Below, in pieces: positions 39,104 to 47,584 of a stretch of DNA of 64,000 nt. The translations under genes and the position numbers were made by a program. Location: positions 38,542 to 102,541 of the forward strand of contig JANXUB010000222.1 in assembly GCA_025352105.1 (NCBI GenBank). The letters are read 5' to 3'. Each line of letters starts with the position of its first letter. Within the stretch, counting starts at the first letter, position 1. Origin of the DNA: Burkholderiales bacterium. GTDB taxonomy: Bacteria > Pseudomonadota > Gammaproteobacteria > Burkholderiales > Casimicrobiaceae. The notes beneath the pieces are model-generated. The model did not search any database. It had not been told where the DNA came from and was given only the letters and a program-made list of their open reading frames with translations.

Positions 39104-39373
39104 CTATTCCCCTTCGCCGAATTTGTCCTCGATCAGCGCGACCAGCGCAGCCATCGCGTCCGCCTCATCGTCGCCTTCGGTTTCCATCTGAATCGTGACG
39201 CCTTTGCCGGCAGCGAGCATCATCACGCCCATGATGCTTTTCGCGTTCACCCGGCGACCGTTTCGCTCAAGGTTAACTTCGCATTTGAAGCGGGTGGCAG
39301 TTTGAGTAAGTTTGGCTGAGGCTCTGGCGTGCAGACCTAGCTTGTTAACGATTTCGATGTCGCGCTTTTGCAT
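39104..39373 (-). CDS. ptsH: HPr-family phosphocarrier protein
   Basis: 89 aa; His-15 context LGLHARAS, Ser-46 context AKSIMGVM. Confidence 0.9.
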   Translation of the reverse strand: MQKRDIEIVNKLGLHARASAKLTQTATRFKCEVNLERNGRRVNAKSIMGVMMLAAGKGVTIQMETEGDDEADAMAALVALIEDKFGEGE

Positions 39374-39394
39374 CTCGTGGTTATATCAGGGCAA

Positions 39395-39850
39395 TCAGTG
39401 GCGGTTCAAAACTGGCGCGCCTTCATTGGCGGCAGAGTGCGCGACCTGCGGGCCGAGAATCGGGTCGGCTTCGATATGAAACACGCCTTCACAGCCACCG
39501 GAGACGACGCGTTTGAGCAGCACGTCCATGCTGCGCTCGCGATAGGTGATGGCGCGTACCAACATCGGCACATTGGCACCGGCGACCGCTTCAACGTGAC
39601 CGGGCACGAGCAGTTTGCAGGCGAGATTCGCGGGGCTCGAGCCGAAGATGTCGGTGATGATGAGCACGCCGTTGCCGTCGTCAAGTGCGTTGACCATACG
39701 CTGCGCCGAAGGCATGAGCTCGCGCGGAGAATCTGTGCCTGCAACCTGAATGGAGGCAATGCCCGGAGGCTTTTTGCCGAGCACATGGGTCATGCACTGA
39801 ATCAGTGAATCACCGAAATTTCCGTGCGCAATAATGAGAATGCCGATCAT
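39395..39850 (-). CDS. PTS EIIA component, mannose/fructose family
   Basis: MIGILIIAHGNFG with phosphorylatable His, ITDIFGSSP block; start chosen at the internal ATG. Confidence 0.85.
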   Translation of the reverse strand: MIGILIIAHGNFGDSLIQCMTHVLGKKPPGIASIQVAGTDSPRELMPSAQRMVNALDDGNGVLIITDIFGSSPANLACKLLVPGHVEAVAGANVPMLVRAITYRERSMDVLLKRVVSGGCEGVFHIEADPILGPQVAHSAANEGAPVLNRH

Positions 39851-39995
39851 ATAGCCCTCGCACCCCGCAGCCGATGGATGATTCGGCTGCAAATTAGTCC
39901 ATTGCGCCCTCTAATGTGGCGTTTGTGGCACTTTTGTGACGTCCCGAGGCGCGATGGTAGCAGGGAAATTGCTGCACTGCGGCAAAACAACTCAC

Positions 39996-40940
39996 TCAGG
40001 CGTTGACGGTTGACTCTAGTGTGCGAACAAACAAATCAGCGACGTCAAATCCGGTCTGCGCCTTGATCTCGACAAAGCCGGTTGGGCTGGTGACGTTGAT
40101 CTCGGTCACTTTGTCGCCAATCACGTCGAGACCCACGAGGAATAAGCCTTCCGCCCACAGCCGCTTGGCCATGGTTTCGGCGATGCGGCGGTCAGACTCG
40201 CTAAGTGGGCGTGCTTCCGGGCGACCGCCAGCGGCCATATTGCCGCGCGTTTCGCCGATCATTGGGATGCGGGCAAGGGCGTAGGGGACCACTTCGCCTG
40301 CAATCAGAAGAATCCGTTTGTCGCCGTCGACAATTTCCGGCAGGTAGCGCTGCGCCATGCAGCTTTGGGTGCCAAGCAGGGTGAGCGTTTCGATGATCAC
40401 GTTCACGTTTGCGTCGTTCTCGCGCACGCGAAAAATGCCGCTGCCGCCCATGCCGTCCAGTGGTTTGAAAATGGCGTCTTTGTGTTCTGCGACGAACTGT
40501 TTGAGCACCTCGGCCGAGCGCGTGACGACGGTCGGCGCGATCATGTCGGGGTGCTTGAGGATCGCCATCTTTTCGTTGTTGTCACGAATCGCGCCGGGGC
40601 GATTGAACACGCGCGCGCCCTGATCGCAGGCGCGCTCGAACAGATACGTGTGATAGACGTATTCCATGTCAAACGGCGGATCCTTGCGCTCAATCACGGC
40701 GTCAAATTCCGACAGCGGCGTGACGGGTATGGCCTGAGCTTCGTACCACTGGCTATCGTCGTTGTTCACGGTCAACTGCAAAGGTTTGGCCTGCACCACG
40801 CCATTGCGGCTGAACACATTGCCGGGCTCAATGGCGAACAGGCTGTGGCCGCGGGCCTGCGCCGCGCGCATCATGGCCACGGAGGTGTCTTTGTACGCCT
40901 TTAACTTGGCGAGAGGGTCGAGGTGAAACGCAATCTTCAT
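39996..40940 (-). CDS. gshB: glutathione synthetase
   Basis: 314 aa ATP-grasp protein, full-length GshB pattern (MKIAF...DPL, GMGGSGIFR). Confidence 0.93.
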   Translation of the reverse strand: MKIAFHLDPLAKLKAYKDTSVAMMRAAQARGHSLFAIEPGNVFSRNGVVQAKPLQLTVNNDDSQWYEAQAIPVTPLSEFDAVIERKDPPFDMEYVYHTYLFERACDQGARVFNRPGAIRDNNEKMAILKHPDMIAPTVVTRSAEVLKQFVAEHKDAIFKPLDGMGGSGIFRVRENDANVNVIIETLTLLGTQSCMAQRYLPEIVDGDKRILLIAGEVVPYALARIPMIGETRGNMAAGGRPEARPLSESDRRIAETMAKRLWAEGLFLVGLDVIGDKVTEINVTSPTGFVEIKAQTGFDVADLFVRTLESTVNA

Positions 40941-40970
40941 GACTGCGGAGGATAGCGGCGATGGAGGCGA

Positions 40971-41096
40971 GACATCAGCTTCACCGGTTTAGGGCCAAGG
41001 CATTGGGGATAGCGTCCAAAATTGCGAAAAGTCGATTTTCTAAAAAATAGGCGCGTAGCCCGCATGAAATAACGGATCAACGAAGAAGCTGTTGAA
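40971..41096 (+). repeat. copy 4 of ~125-bp nested-palindrome intergenic element
   Basis: gacatcagcttcac...ggggatagcg...aagtcgattt...gcgtagccc gcatgaaataacgg...gaagaagctgttgaag. Confidence 0.65.
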
Positions 41097-41108
41097 GCGC
41101 CGTGTCGG

Positions 41109-41876
41109 CTATTTGCGAGCCGGTGCCACCGGAGCTGCACCTGCGGCAGCTTTTTGCGATGCGCCGTTAATCGTCGCGTCGTTCGCAGCGATTAGCGCGG
41201 CAAGCCGGATGCGCTCTTTCGCGTAAAGGGCGGCAATGTCTTCGCGATCACGTTTTTTGCGCATCATGCTGTCAACGAGCCGCGGGAGTTCGGCGCGGGC
41301 CTCAATCTGTGTAATCACCGTTGGCTTGGGCGCCGCTGGCTTGGCAGGTGGCGGTTTGCCGGCCACCGCAGGCGGCGCAGGTGGGGCCGGAGGCGCAGGC
41401 GGGGCGGGCACAACATACGGCGCAGCGCCAGGTGGCAGCGCAGCGATTTTTTTCAGCAGCGTTTCGCGGTCAACCAGAGTTTTGTATTCGCTGTCCATGA
41501 TCGCCAGCGCTCGATCTTGCACCCGGTCAAAATCCGCCAGATCGGTGTAGGTCGACAAGAGCGCCTTGTCCTTGCGGTCACGTTCGTCCTGAATCACTTT
41601 CAGCTTGGCGTCTTCAACGGCTTTCATCGCGGCAAGCCGACGTTCCTCTGCCGTCGCAGCGCGCTGCGTTTCCTGTTTGATGGTGCCGTCGGTGCGCAGC
41701 TCTTTGCGCGCACGATCAACGGCTCCAGGCGGAACGGTGTCGCTGTACTGCACCTTGCCGTTTTCGTCGACCCACTTGTAGAGCTGCGCCTGACTGTGAC
41801 CTGTCATGCCCGTTGCAACAACGAGCGCGCAGGTCACAGCCAGCGACTTATGCCGTCGCCTACTCATACTTTGCAT
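41109..41876 (-). CDS. DUF4124-domain exported protein with coiled-coil and PAPP repeats
   Basis: signal peptide, LYKWVDENGKVQYSDTVPP motif; start placed at the ATG that avoids overlap with pyrE. Confidence 0.65.
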   Translation of the reverse strand: MQSMSRRRHKSLAVTCALVVATGMTGHSQAQLYKWVDENGKVQYSDTVPPGAVDRARKELRTDGTIKQETQRAATAEERRLAAMKAVEDAKLKVIQDERDRKDKALLSTYTDLADFDRVQDRALAIMDSEYKTLVDRETLLKKIAALPPGAAPYVVPAPPAPPAPPAPPAVAGKPPPAKPAAPKPTVITQIEARAELPRLVDSMMRKKRDREDIAALYAKERIRLAALIAANDATINGASQKAAAGAAPVAPARK

Positions 41877-41889
41877 ATTTCGCAAGCGA

Positions 41890-42543
41890 CTAATCGACCA
41901 CCCCATACGTTTCCCGATACACCTCTATCTTGTGTTTGTGCTCAGCCAGTGCAGCGGTGGCACTAACCAGCGAAAGCACATCCGGCAGCGCGGCAATGGC
42001 AATCACGGGGATTCCAAACTGCGCTTCCACCTCCTGTACAGCAGAGAGCGTGCCAGTCCCGCGCTCCATGCGGTCAATCATGATGAGCACCCCCGCTGGC
42101 GTCGCCCCTGCCGCGCGAATAATCGCGACCGACTCCCGCACGCTCGTGCCTGCCGTGATGACGTCATCCACAATCAGCACACGACCCTTGAGCGGCGCAC
42201 CTACAATCAGTCCGCCCTCGCCGTGATCCTTCGCTTCCTTGCGGTTGAACGAATACGGCAGATTGTGACCTTTTTCGGCAAGTCCGATAGCAAGCGCTGA
42301 CACCAGCGGAATGCCCTTGTAAGCTGGGCCGAACGTCATGTCGAAGGCCACATCCGAGGCAATCGCGGCGTCCGCGTAATAGCGCCCAAGCCGCAGCAAA
42401 GACTCGCCCGTGTTGAACAAACCGCTGTTGAAGAAGTAGGGCGACAAGCGGCCCGATTTGGTCTTGAATTCGCCAAAACGCAGCACATCGCATTCGAGGG
42501 CGAAGCGCAGGAATTCCTGACGGAAGGTATCGGGTGATGACAT
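41890..42543 (-). CDS. pyrE: orotate phosphoribosyltransferase
   Basis: PRPP-binding motif [13 protein letters not shown]; full length. Confidence 0.93.
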   Translation of the reverse strand: MSSPDTFRQEFLRFALECDVLRFGEFKTKSGRLSPYFFNSGLFNTGESLLRLGRYYADAAIASDVAFDMTFGPAYKGIPLVSALAIGLAEKGHNLPYSFNRKEAKDHGEGGLIVGAPLKGRVLIVDDVITAGTSVRESVAIIRAAGATPAGVLIMIDRMERGTGTLSAVQEVEAQFGIPVIAIAALPDVLSLVSATAALAEHKHKIEVYRETYGVVD

Positions 42544-42648
42544 GGCGATGATGTTTTGAATCGGGACATGCGCAACCGTTGCGCCGTCCGTGGAAAAATG
42601 AATTAGCCGCGATTCTCTCGCGATTTTGATCTGGACTGAAAGATACCC

Positions 42649-43425
42649 ATGCGCATCGTCACGCTAAACGCCAACGGCATTCGCTCCGCTCATAACAAAG
42701 GCCTCGCCGACTGGATGGGTCGCCTGCGCGGCTGGGACGTGTTCTGCCTCCAGGAAATGAAGGCGAACGTTGAAGACGTTCCCGAGGAAATGCTGCGACC
42801 CAAAAAGAGCCACGGCCACTTTCATCCGGCTGAAAAAAAGGGCTACGCTGGCACCGCCCTTTGGTCAAAGCAAAAGCCGGTGAATGTCGTCAAGGAATTT
42901 GGCGTCGGCGAGTTTGACCGCGAAGGTCGCTATCTCGAAGCCGATTTTGGCCACGTTGCCGTGGTGTCGCTCTACCTGCCCTCCGGCGCGGCGGGCCCTG
43001 AACGGCAGGCCAGCAAAGACCGCTTTCTGGTGGAGTTTCCTAAGCATCTGCAAGCCCTGCGCAAGCGCGGAAAAGAGATCGTCATCTGCGGCGACTTCAA
43101 CATCGCACACCAAGAAATCGACCTCAAAAATTACAAAAGCAACAAGAAAAATTCCGGCTTTCTGCCGCATGAGCGCGACTGGCTAACGCATGTTTTCGAT
43201 GACATCGGCTTCGTCGACGTCTTCCGGCAGCTCGACCCGCGCCCCGAGCAATACACCTGGTGGAGCAATCGCGGCGACAGCTGGAACAAAAACGTGGGTT
43301 GGCGGCTCGATTACCAGATCGCCACGCCGGGAATCGCAGCGACCGCAAAAGCTGCATCAATTTATCTCGAAGAGCGGTTTTCCGATCACGCGCCGCTGAT
43401 TATTGACTACGATTTCGCGATGTAG
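42649..43425 (+). CDS. xth: exodeoxyribonuclease III
   Basis: 258 aa EEP nuclease; N-terminal [14 protein letters not shown]-terminal SDHAPL. Confidence 0.92.
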   Translation: MRIVTLNANGIRSAHNKGLADWMGRLRGWDVFCLQEMKANVEDVPEEMLRPKKSHGHFHPAEKKGYAGTALWSKQKPVNVVKEFGVGEFDREGRYLEADFGHVAVVSLYLPSGAAGPERQASKDRFLVEFPKHLQALRKRGKEIVICGDFNIAHQEIDLKNYKSNKKNSGFLPHERDWLTHVFDDIGFVDVFRQLDPRPEQYTWWSNRGDSWNKNVGWRLDYQIATPGIAATAKAASIYLEERFSDHAPLIIDYDFAM

Positions 43426-43487
43426 CGACGGAGTCCGCTCGCCCCTCGTCCGTAGAGTGCGTTGAGAAATCACACTTGGATCGGTTC

Positions 43488-43569
43488 GTAGCCGCGATGA
43501 AACGCAGTGGAATCGCGGATGGTGGCGTTGCGGTGCTCCCTCGATTCCGCTGCGCTTCATCGAGGCTAC
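43488..43569. repeat. REP-like long hairpin (gtagcc.cgatgaa.cgca..ggaatcg type)
   Basis: gtagccgcgatgaaacgcagtggaatcgcgg pairs with cctcgattccgctgcgcttcatcgaggctac across a ~20-nt loop. Confidence 0.65.
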
Positions 43570-43765
43570 GGTTTTGTGCGCAGCTGCTGGCCTCGCGATT
43601 CGCCGAGACAAGATTTAAGTTTCTCTATAAGCGCTTCCACTTCATCATCGCCAAGGTCAAGTGGATCCCCAAACGCTCCAACTGCGATTACGCAAATTGC
43701 CGAGCCGTCGTACCAGGCTTCGAGACGGTCTTCAGCGCTCTTTCCTTGCGCAATTGAAGGCGACG

Positions 43766-44938
43766 TCACTTCGTCAACGCCTTCATAGCATCCGTCAACC
43801 CCTGCACCGTCGTCGGGTACATGCGCTCGTTCATGATCTTCTTGATGATGTCGGTCGAATACGTGTACTCCCACGAGCGCGGTGGCATTGGGTTTAGCCA
43901 GGCTACGCGCTTGAAGTGATTGGTCATGCGTTGCAGCCAGACCTTGCCTGTTTCGCTGTTGGTGTATTCGACGCTGCCGCCTTCCATCTCGATTTCGTAC
44001 GGGCTCATCGCCGCGTCGCCGACGAAAATCACGCGATAGTCGGGCCCATATTTGTGTAGCAGGTCCATCGTCAGCGTGCGCTCGGTGGTGCGGCGGCGAT
44101 TGGTCTTCCACACGAAGTCGTACAGGCAGTTGTGAAAGTAAAAATGCTCCAGCCGCTTGAACTCCGTTTTGGCCGCAGAGAAAAGCGCCTCCACCTGCTC
44201 AACGTGATCATCCATCGAGCCGCCAATATCGAGCAGCAGCAGCACCTTCACTGCGTTGCGCCGCTCCGGCCTCATCTGGATTGAAAGCATGCCCGCGTTC
44301 TTGCCGGTTTCTTCCAACGTGTGTGGCAAATCCAGTTCGTCCACCGCGCCCTCGCGTGCGAAGCGGCGCAGTCGGCGCAGCGCGACCTTGATGTTCCGCG
44401 TGTTGAAATCAACGTTGTCGTCGTAGTCGCGGAACTGCCGCTCGTCCCACACTTTGACAGCGCTGCGATTGCGACTTTTGTCCTGCCCGATGCGGATGCC
44501 TGCCGGGTTTTCGCCATACGCGCCGAACGGCGACGTGCCGCCGGTGCCGATCCATTTGTTGCCGCCCTGATGCCGCTCTTTCTGCTCTTCGAGCCGCTTC
44601 TTGAGCGTTTCCATCAGCTCGTTCCAGTCCATCGCCTTAAGTTTTTCTCGCTCTTCCGGCGTCAGCGTTTTCTCAAGAATTTTCTTGAGCCACTCTTCAG
44701 GAATCGCAGTCTTCAAATCGACCAACTCGGCCACGCCCTTGAAGTATTCGGCGAACGCAAAATCGAAGCGGTCAAACTTGCCTTCGTCCTTGACCAGCGT
44801 CGCTTTCGACAGAAAGTAGAAGTCATCAATGGACGGCGAAATCACGTCCTCCTTCAACGCTTCGAGCAACGTCAGGAATTCACGCGTAGACGGCTTCAGG
44901 CCACGGTGGCGCAGATGGTAGAAAAAGTCGAGCAGCAC
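43766..44938 (-). CDS. CoxE-like VWA domain protein
   Basis: N-terminal LLDFFYHLRHRGLKPSTREFLTLLEAL, MIDAS-like DIGGSMD; GTG start inferred at 44938 (ORF extends to 45049). Confidence 0.7.
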   Translation of the reverse strand: MLLDFFYHLRHRGLKPSTREFLTLLEALKEDVISPSIDDFYFLSKATLVKDEGKFDRFDFAFAEYFKGVAELVDLKTAIPEEWLKKILEKTLTPEEREKLKAMDWNELMETLKKRLEEQKERHQGGNKWIGTGGTSPFGAYGENPAGIRIGQDKSRNRSAVKVWDERQFRDYDDNVDFNTRNIKVALRRLRRFAREGAVDELDLPHTLEETGKNAGMLSIQMRPERRNAVKVLLLLDIGGSMDDHVEQVEALFSAAKTEFKRLEHFYFHNCLYDFVWKTNRRRTTERTLTMDLLHKYGPDYRVIFVGDAAMSPYEIEMEGGSVEYTNSETGKVWLQRMTNHFKRVAWLNPMPPRSWEYTYSTDIIKKIMNERMYPTTVQGLTDAMKALTK

Positions 44939-45122
44939 GGAGCGATTGTCGCAGAACGGCCGCAGGACGGGCACCCCGTGCCCTCCAACACGTTGGCAAA
45001 ACAACCCAGTTCCGGTTGCGCGCGATGATGGTGGGCGCGAGGTTCCCACCCTACGACGGCGCTGCGCTTCGGCCCTGTCACCCGCACTCGCTGCATAATC
45101 GAGGCAAACGCTGCCCTACCGT

Positions 45123-45428
45123 ATGCCAATCGATATTGACCGCCTTACCGAGGCTGAACTCGCCGATCTCAATCGCCGCATTGTCGCGCGCCTGCGACTG
45201 ATTGCGCAGCTGCGCGCTCACGTCAGGATGCTTGAATTTCGCGTCGGGGAGCGCGTCACATTTCAGCCCGACGGTTCGCTCGCACTGTTCGGTATCGTCT
45301 CAAAATACAATCGAAAGACGGTCACCGTTATCACCGACGACGGCCTGCAGTGGAACGTGTCACCGCTGCTGCTCACCTCTGCTGCGATTGACATCACGCC
45401 CCGCTCCAGCGGCGGCGGCAAATCTTGA
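45123..45428 (+). CDS. conserved-looking hypothetical protein (101 aa)
   Basis: clean ORF with non-repetitive composition; no recognisable motif. Confidence 0.5.
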   Translation: MPIDIDRLTEAELADLNRRIVARLRLIAQLRAHVRMLEFRVGERVTFQPDGSLALFGIVSKYNRKTVTVITDDGLQWNVSPLLLTSAAIDITPRSSGGGKS

Positions 45429-45450
45429 CCCTCCAACGTATTCCACACCA

Positions 45451-45834
45451 GTGAAAGACTTCAACGACGACCCACATCTCGATGTTTGCCAGAACATTGA
45501 GTTCTACCTCATGCAGTGCTATCGCGCCGACCCCGCGCTCACCGATGCGCTGTGCGAGTTTGCACTCGACAACGCCAAGATCGCCATCAAGCGGCAGTTC
45601 GGTTTCGCGCAGAACGAACGCGTCTCCAGCGCGCCGTCGGTCGTCCCGGTGGTTGCTGCGATGGTCGCGCTGGGGCTTGAGCGCATCGACAAAGACAACG
45701 GCCTGAACTTGCGCGGGTTTGTCGCGCGGCTCGACAAGATTCGCGCCTCGGTTCGCCGCCACCAGCAGTATGGGTCGCGCGCATACTATCAGGTGGTGTC
45801 GGACTATTTTCCAGCGAACGTGCGCCCACTGTAG
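45451..45834 (+). CDS. hypothetical protein (127 aa, GTG start inferred)
   Basis: protein-like composition starts after the upstream stop; the earlier part of the 210-aa ORF overlaps the previous gene. Confidence 0.45.
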   Translation: MKDFNDDPHLDVCQNIEFYLMQCYRADPALTDALCEFALDNAKIAIKRQFGFAQNERVSSAPSVVPVVAAMVALGLERIDKDNGLNLRGFVARLDKIRASVRRHQQYGSRAYYQVVSDYFPANVRPL

Positions 45835-45843
45835 CAAGCTCTG

Positions 45844-46233
45844 ATGGGCAAGCGAATCAAACCAGCCCCACGCGAAGACGATCAAAGGGAAGACCGCATC
45901 CTCTTCGAGATCGTGGTCGACGCCTACAACGAGACCGAACGCAGGATGGGCTGGTACTGCTATCTAGGCGATGCGCTCACGTTTCCGTTTCCTGCGCAGT
46001 GCGTCTCTCGCGACGCCACGTCACCACTGCGCGTCGGGCAGGCCGTCGAGGTCATCGGCATGGCCGACGATGATGACTGCGACACCCGTATGCGCGTGAT
46101 CATTCGCTACGACGGCGCCGAACTGGCTGTGCCGTTGAATCAACTGCAATGCGCGGGTAGCGAGGTATCCGCTAGCACCCTGCAGGCCGTCGAAGACTGG
46201 CACTACTGGCTGGCGCGCGGGTACGAGTTCTGA
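45844..46233 (+). CDS. hypothetical protein, possibly CcbP-like calcium-binding family
   Basis: acidic run MADDDDCD and C-terminal EDWHYWLARGYEF; family recalled from memory only. Confidence 0.45.
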   Translation: MGKRIKPAPREDDQREDRILFEIVVDAYNETERRMGWYCYLGDALTFPFPAQCVSRDATSPLRVGQAVEVIGMADDDDCDTRMRVIIRYDGAELAVPLNQLQCAGSEVSASTLQAVEDWHYWLARGYEF

Positions 46234-46295
46234 TCCAGCAATGCGCGACGTTTTTTGAGGGCGCTCAGATGCCTTGTCATCAACGTACTGCAACG

Positions 46296-46324
46296 GTAGT
46301 GTGGGCAGAGACTGCCCACACTAC
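46296..46324. terminator. bidirectional hairpin between convergent genes
   Basis: perfect 13-bp stem gtagtgtgggcag-aga-ctgcccacactac; overlaps the stop codon of the GNAT gene. Confidence 0.7.
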
Positions 46325-47439
46325 GCTCTACTAATCGGCAGTGCCACCTCCACTTCTCCATCCGTCACCTTCCCCGTTTCACGAAACCCCATGCGTTCGT
46401 AAAATGGCTTCGCATTGCCGTCACGTTGCACATAGCTCAGACTGACGGTGCGAATTGTAGACATGGATTTGGCGCGCTCGATGATGAGTTTCATCACCTG
46501 TTCGCCGTAGCCTTTCCCCTGATGTTTGAACTCGATCATCAAGCGCCAGATGTAGAGCGAGTCGAGCGCCTCATCCTGCGTCTTCGCGGCTTCGAGGGCG
46601 AGGGTGGGGTCAAACAGCATGACGAAACCCACGGGCGTATCGTTCGCCATGACGGCACGAAACCATGCATTCTTGCTGTACGTCCCTTGCGCGATCGAAA
46701 TGCCGTTGGTCGCGACCATGCGCTCACCGACCGCGCCGGGATTCATGCGCACAATGGGGTTGACGTTGTCCTTGGTGATCTCGGCGAGCGTGATCTTTGC
46801 GTCGCGCGTGAGCGTGGTTTCGGTCGCCGCGCCTTTCGTCAGGCGCGCTTCAAGTTTGGCTTTTGCTGCGGGCCACTCAGCGGCGAGCATCGAATACATC
46901 ACCGTGTCGCGCGGGCTGCCGTCGCGCAGCGGCGCGTGATGACGGATCGCGCCGTCGCGTTTTGCGCCCAGTCGCTCAATCGCCCGCTGCGACGCAAAAT
47001 TCATGTGACTCGCACGCCAGCCGACAACCGCACATCCCAGCGTCTCGAACGCGTGCTGCATCAGCATCAATTTGCACAACGTGTTCACGTTCGAGCGCTG
47101 CCGCGATTTGGCGTACCAGGTGTAGCCAATCTCCACACGCTGGATGGCGGGCACGATATCGTGATAACTGGTGCTGCCGATCACCTCGCCGGTCGCCGCG
47201 TCAACCACCGCGAAGGCGAGGCGGTTGCCCTCTGCGCGCTGCTTGAGCGCCGCTTCGATGTAGCCGCGCGTTTGCGCGGGCTCAGGCACTGTTGTCACGC
47301 GGATGTTCCACAGCTCGCCGTCGGCGGCGGCTTTGCGTAGACCGTCTTCATGAGCGAGCGCGAGGGGTTCGACGCGAATGCCGTCGCGTTCGAGCGTGAC
47401 TTCAGCGGGCCACAGTTGGGCTGTCGTTTCGGTGGTCAT
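46321..47439 (-). CDS. tandem GNAT-domain N-acetyltransferase
   Basis: 372 aa; two acetyltransferase folds, acetyl-CoA motif HQGKGYGEQV. Confidence 0.8.
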   Translation of the reverse strand: MTTETTAQLWPAEVTLERDGIRVEPLALAHEDGLRKAAADGELWNIRVTTVPEPAQTRGYIEAALKQRAEGNRLAFAVVDAATGEVIGSTSYHDIVPAIQRVEIGYTWYAKSRQRSNVNTLCKLMLMQHAFETLGCAVVGWRASHMNFASQRAIERLGAKRDGAIRHHAPLRDGSPRDTVMYSMLAAEWPAAKAKLEARLTKGAATETTLTRDAKITLAEITKDNVNPIVRMNPGAVGERMVATNGISIAQGTYSKNAWFRAVMANDTPVGFVMLFDPTLALEAAKTQDEALDSLYIWRLMIEFKHQGKGYGEQVMKLIIERAKSMSTIRTVSLSYVQRDGNAKPFYERMGFRETGKVTDGEVEVALPISRA

Positions 47440-47456
47440 TCAAGAATTCCTGGAGT

Positions 47457-47580
47457 GAATAGCTTTTTGCTGAATACCGCATTTAAATTGGGCAAAGGCA
47501 CGATAAATACCTTAAGTCGACTTTTAAATAAAATCTTACCCAGCCCAAATGCAATGGGCATTACACAGAAAAGCTGATTG
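47457..47580 (+). repeat. copy 5 of ~125-bp nested-palindrome intergenic element
   Basis: gaatagctttttgc...gggcaaaggc...aagtcgactt...cccagccc aaatgcaatgggc...gaaaagctgattg. Confidence 0.65.
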
Positions 47581-47584
47581 ACTA

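Noticed and set aside
39926-39940. TGGCAC-N5-TGAC resembling a sigma-54 promoter
   Set aside because: The -12 element lacks the TTGC/GC consensus, and the motif points into the 3' end of gshB on the wrong strand for any nearby start.
43476-43788. Two 93-aa + strand ORFs downstream of xth
   Set aside because: They run through the REP-like hairpin and the convergent intergenic region, have no RBS and translate into repeat-derived peptide (SGIADGGVAVLPRFRCASSRLR).
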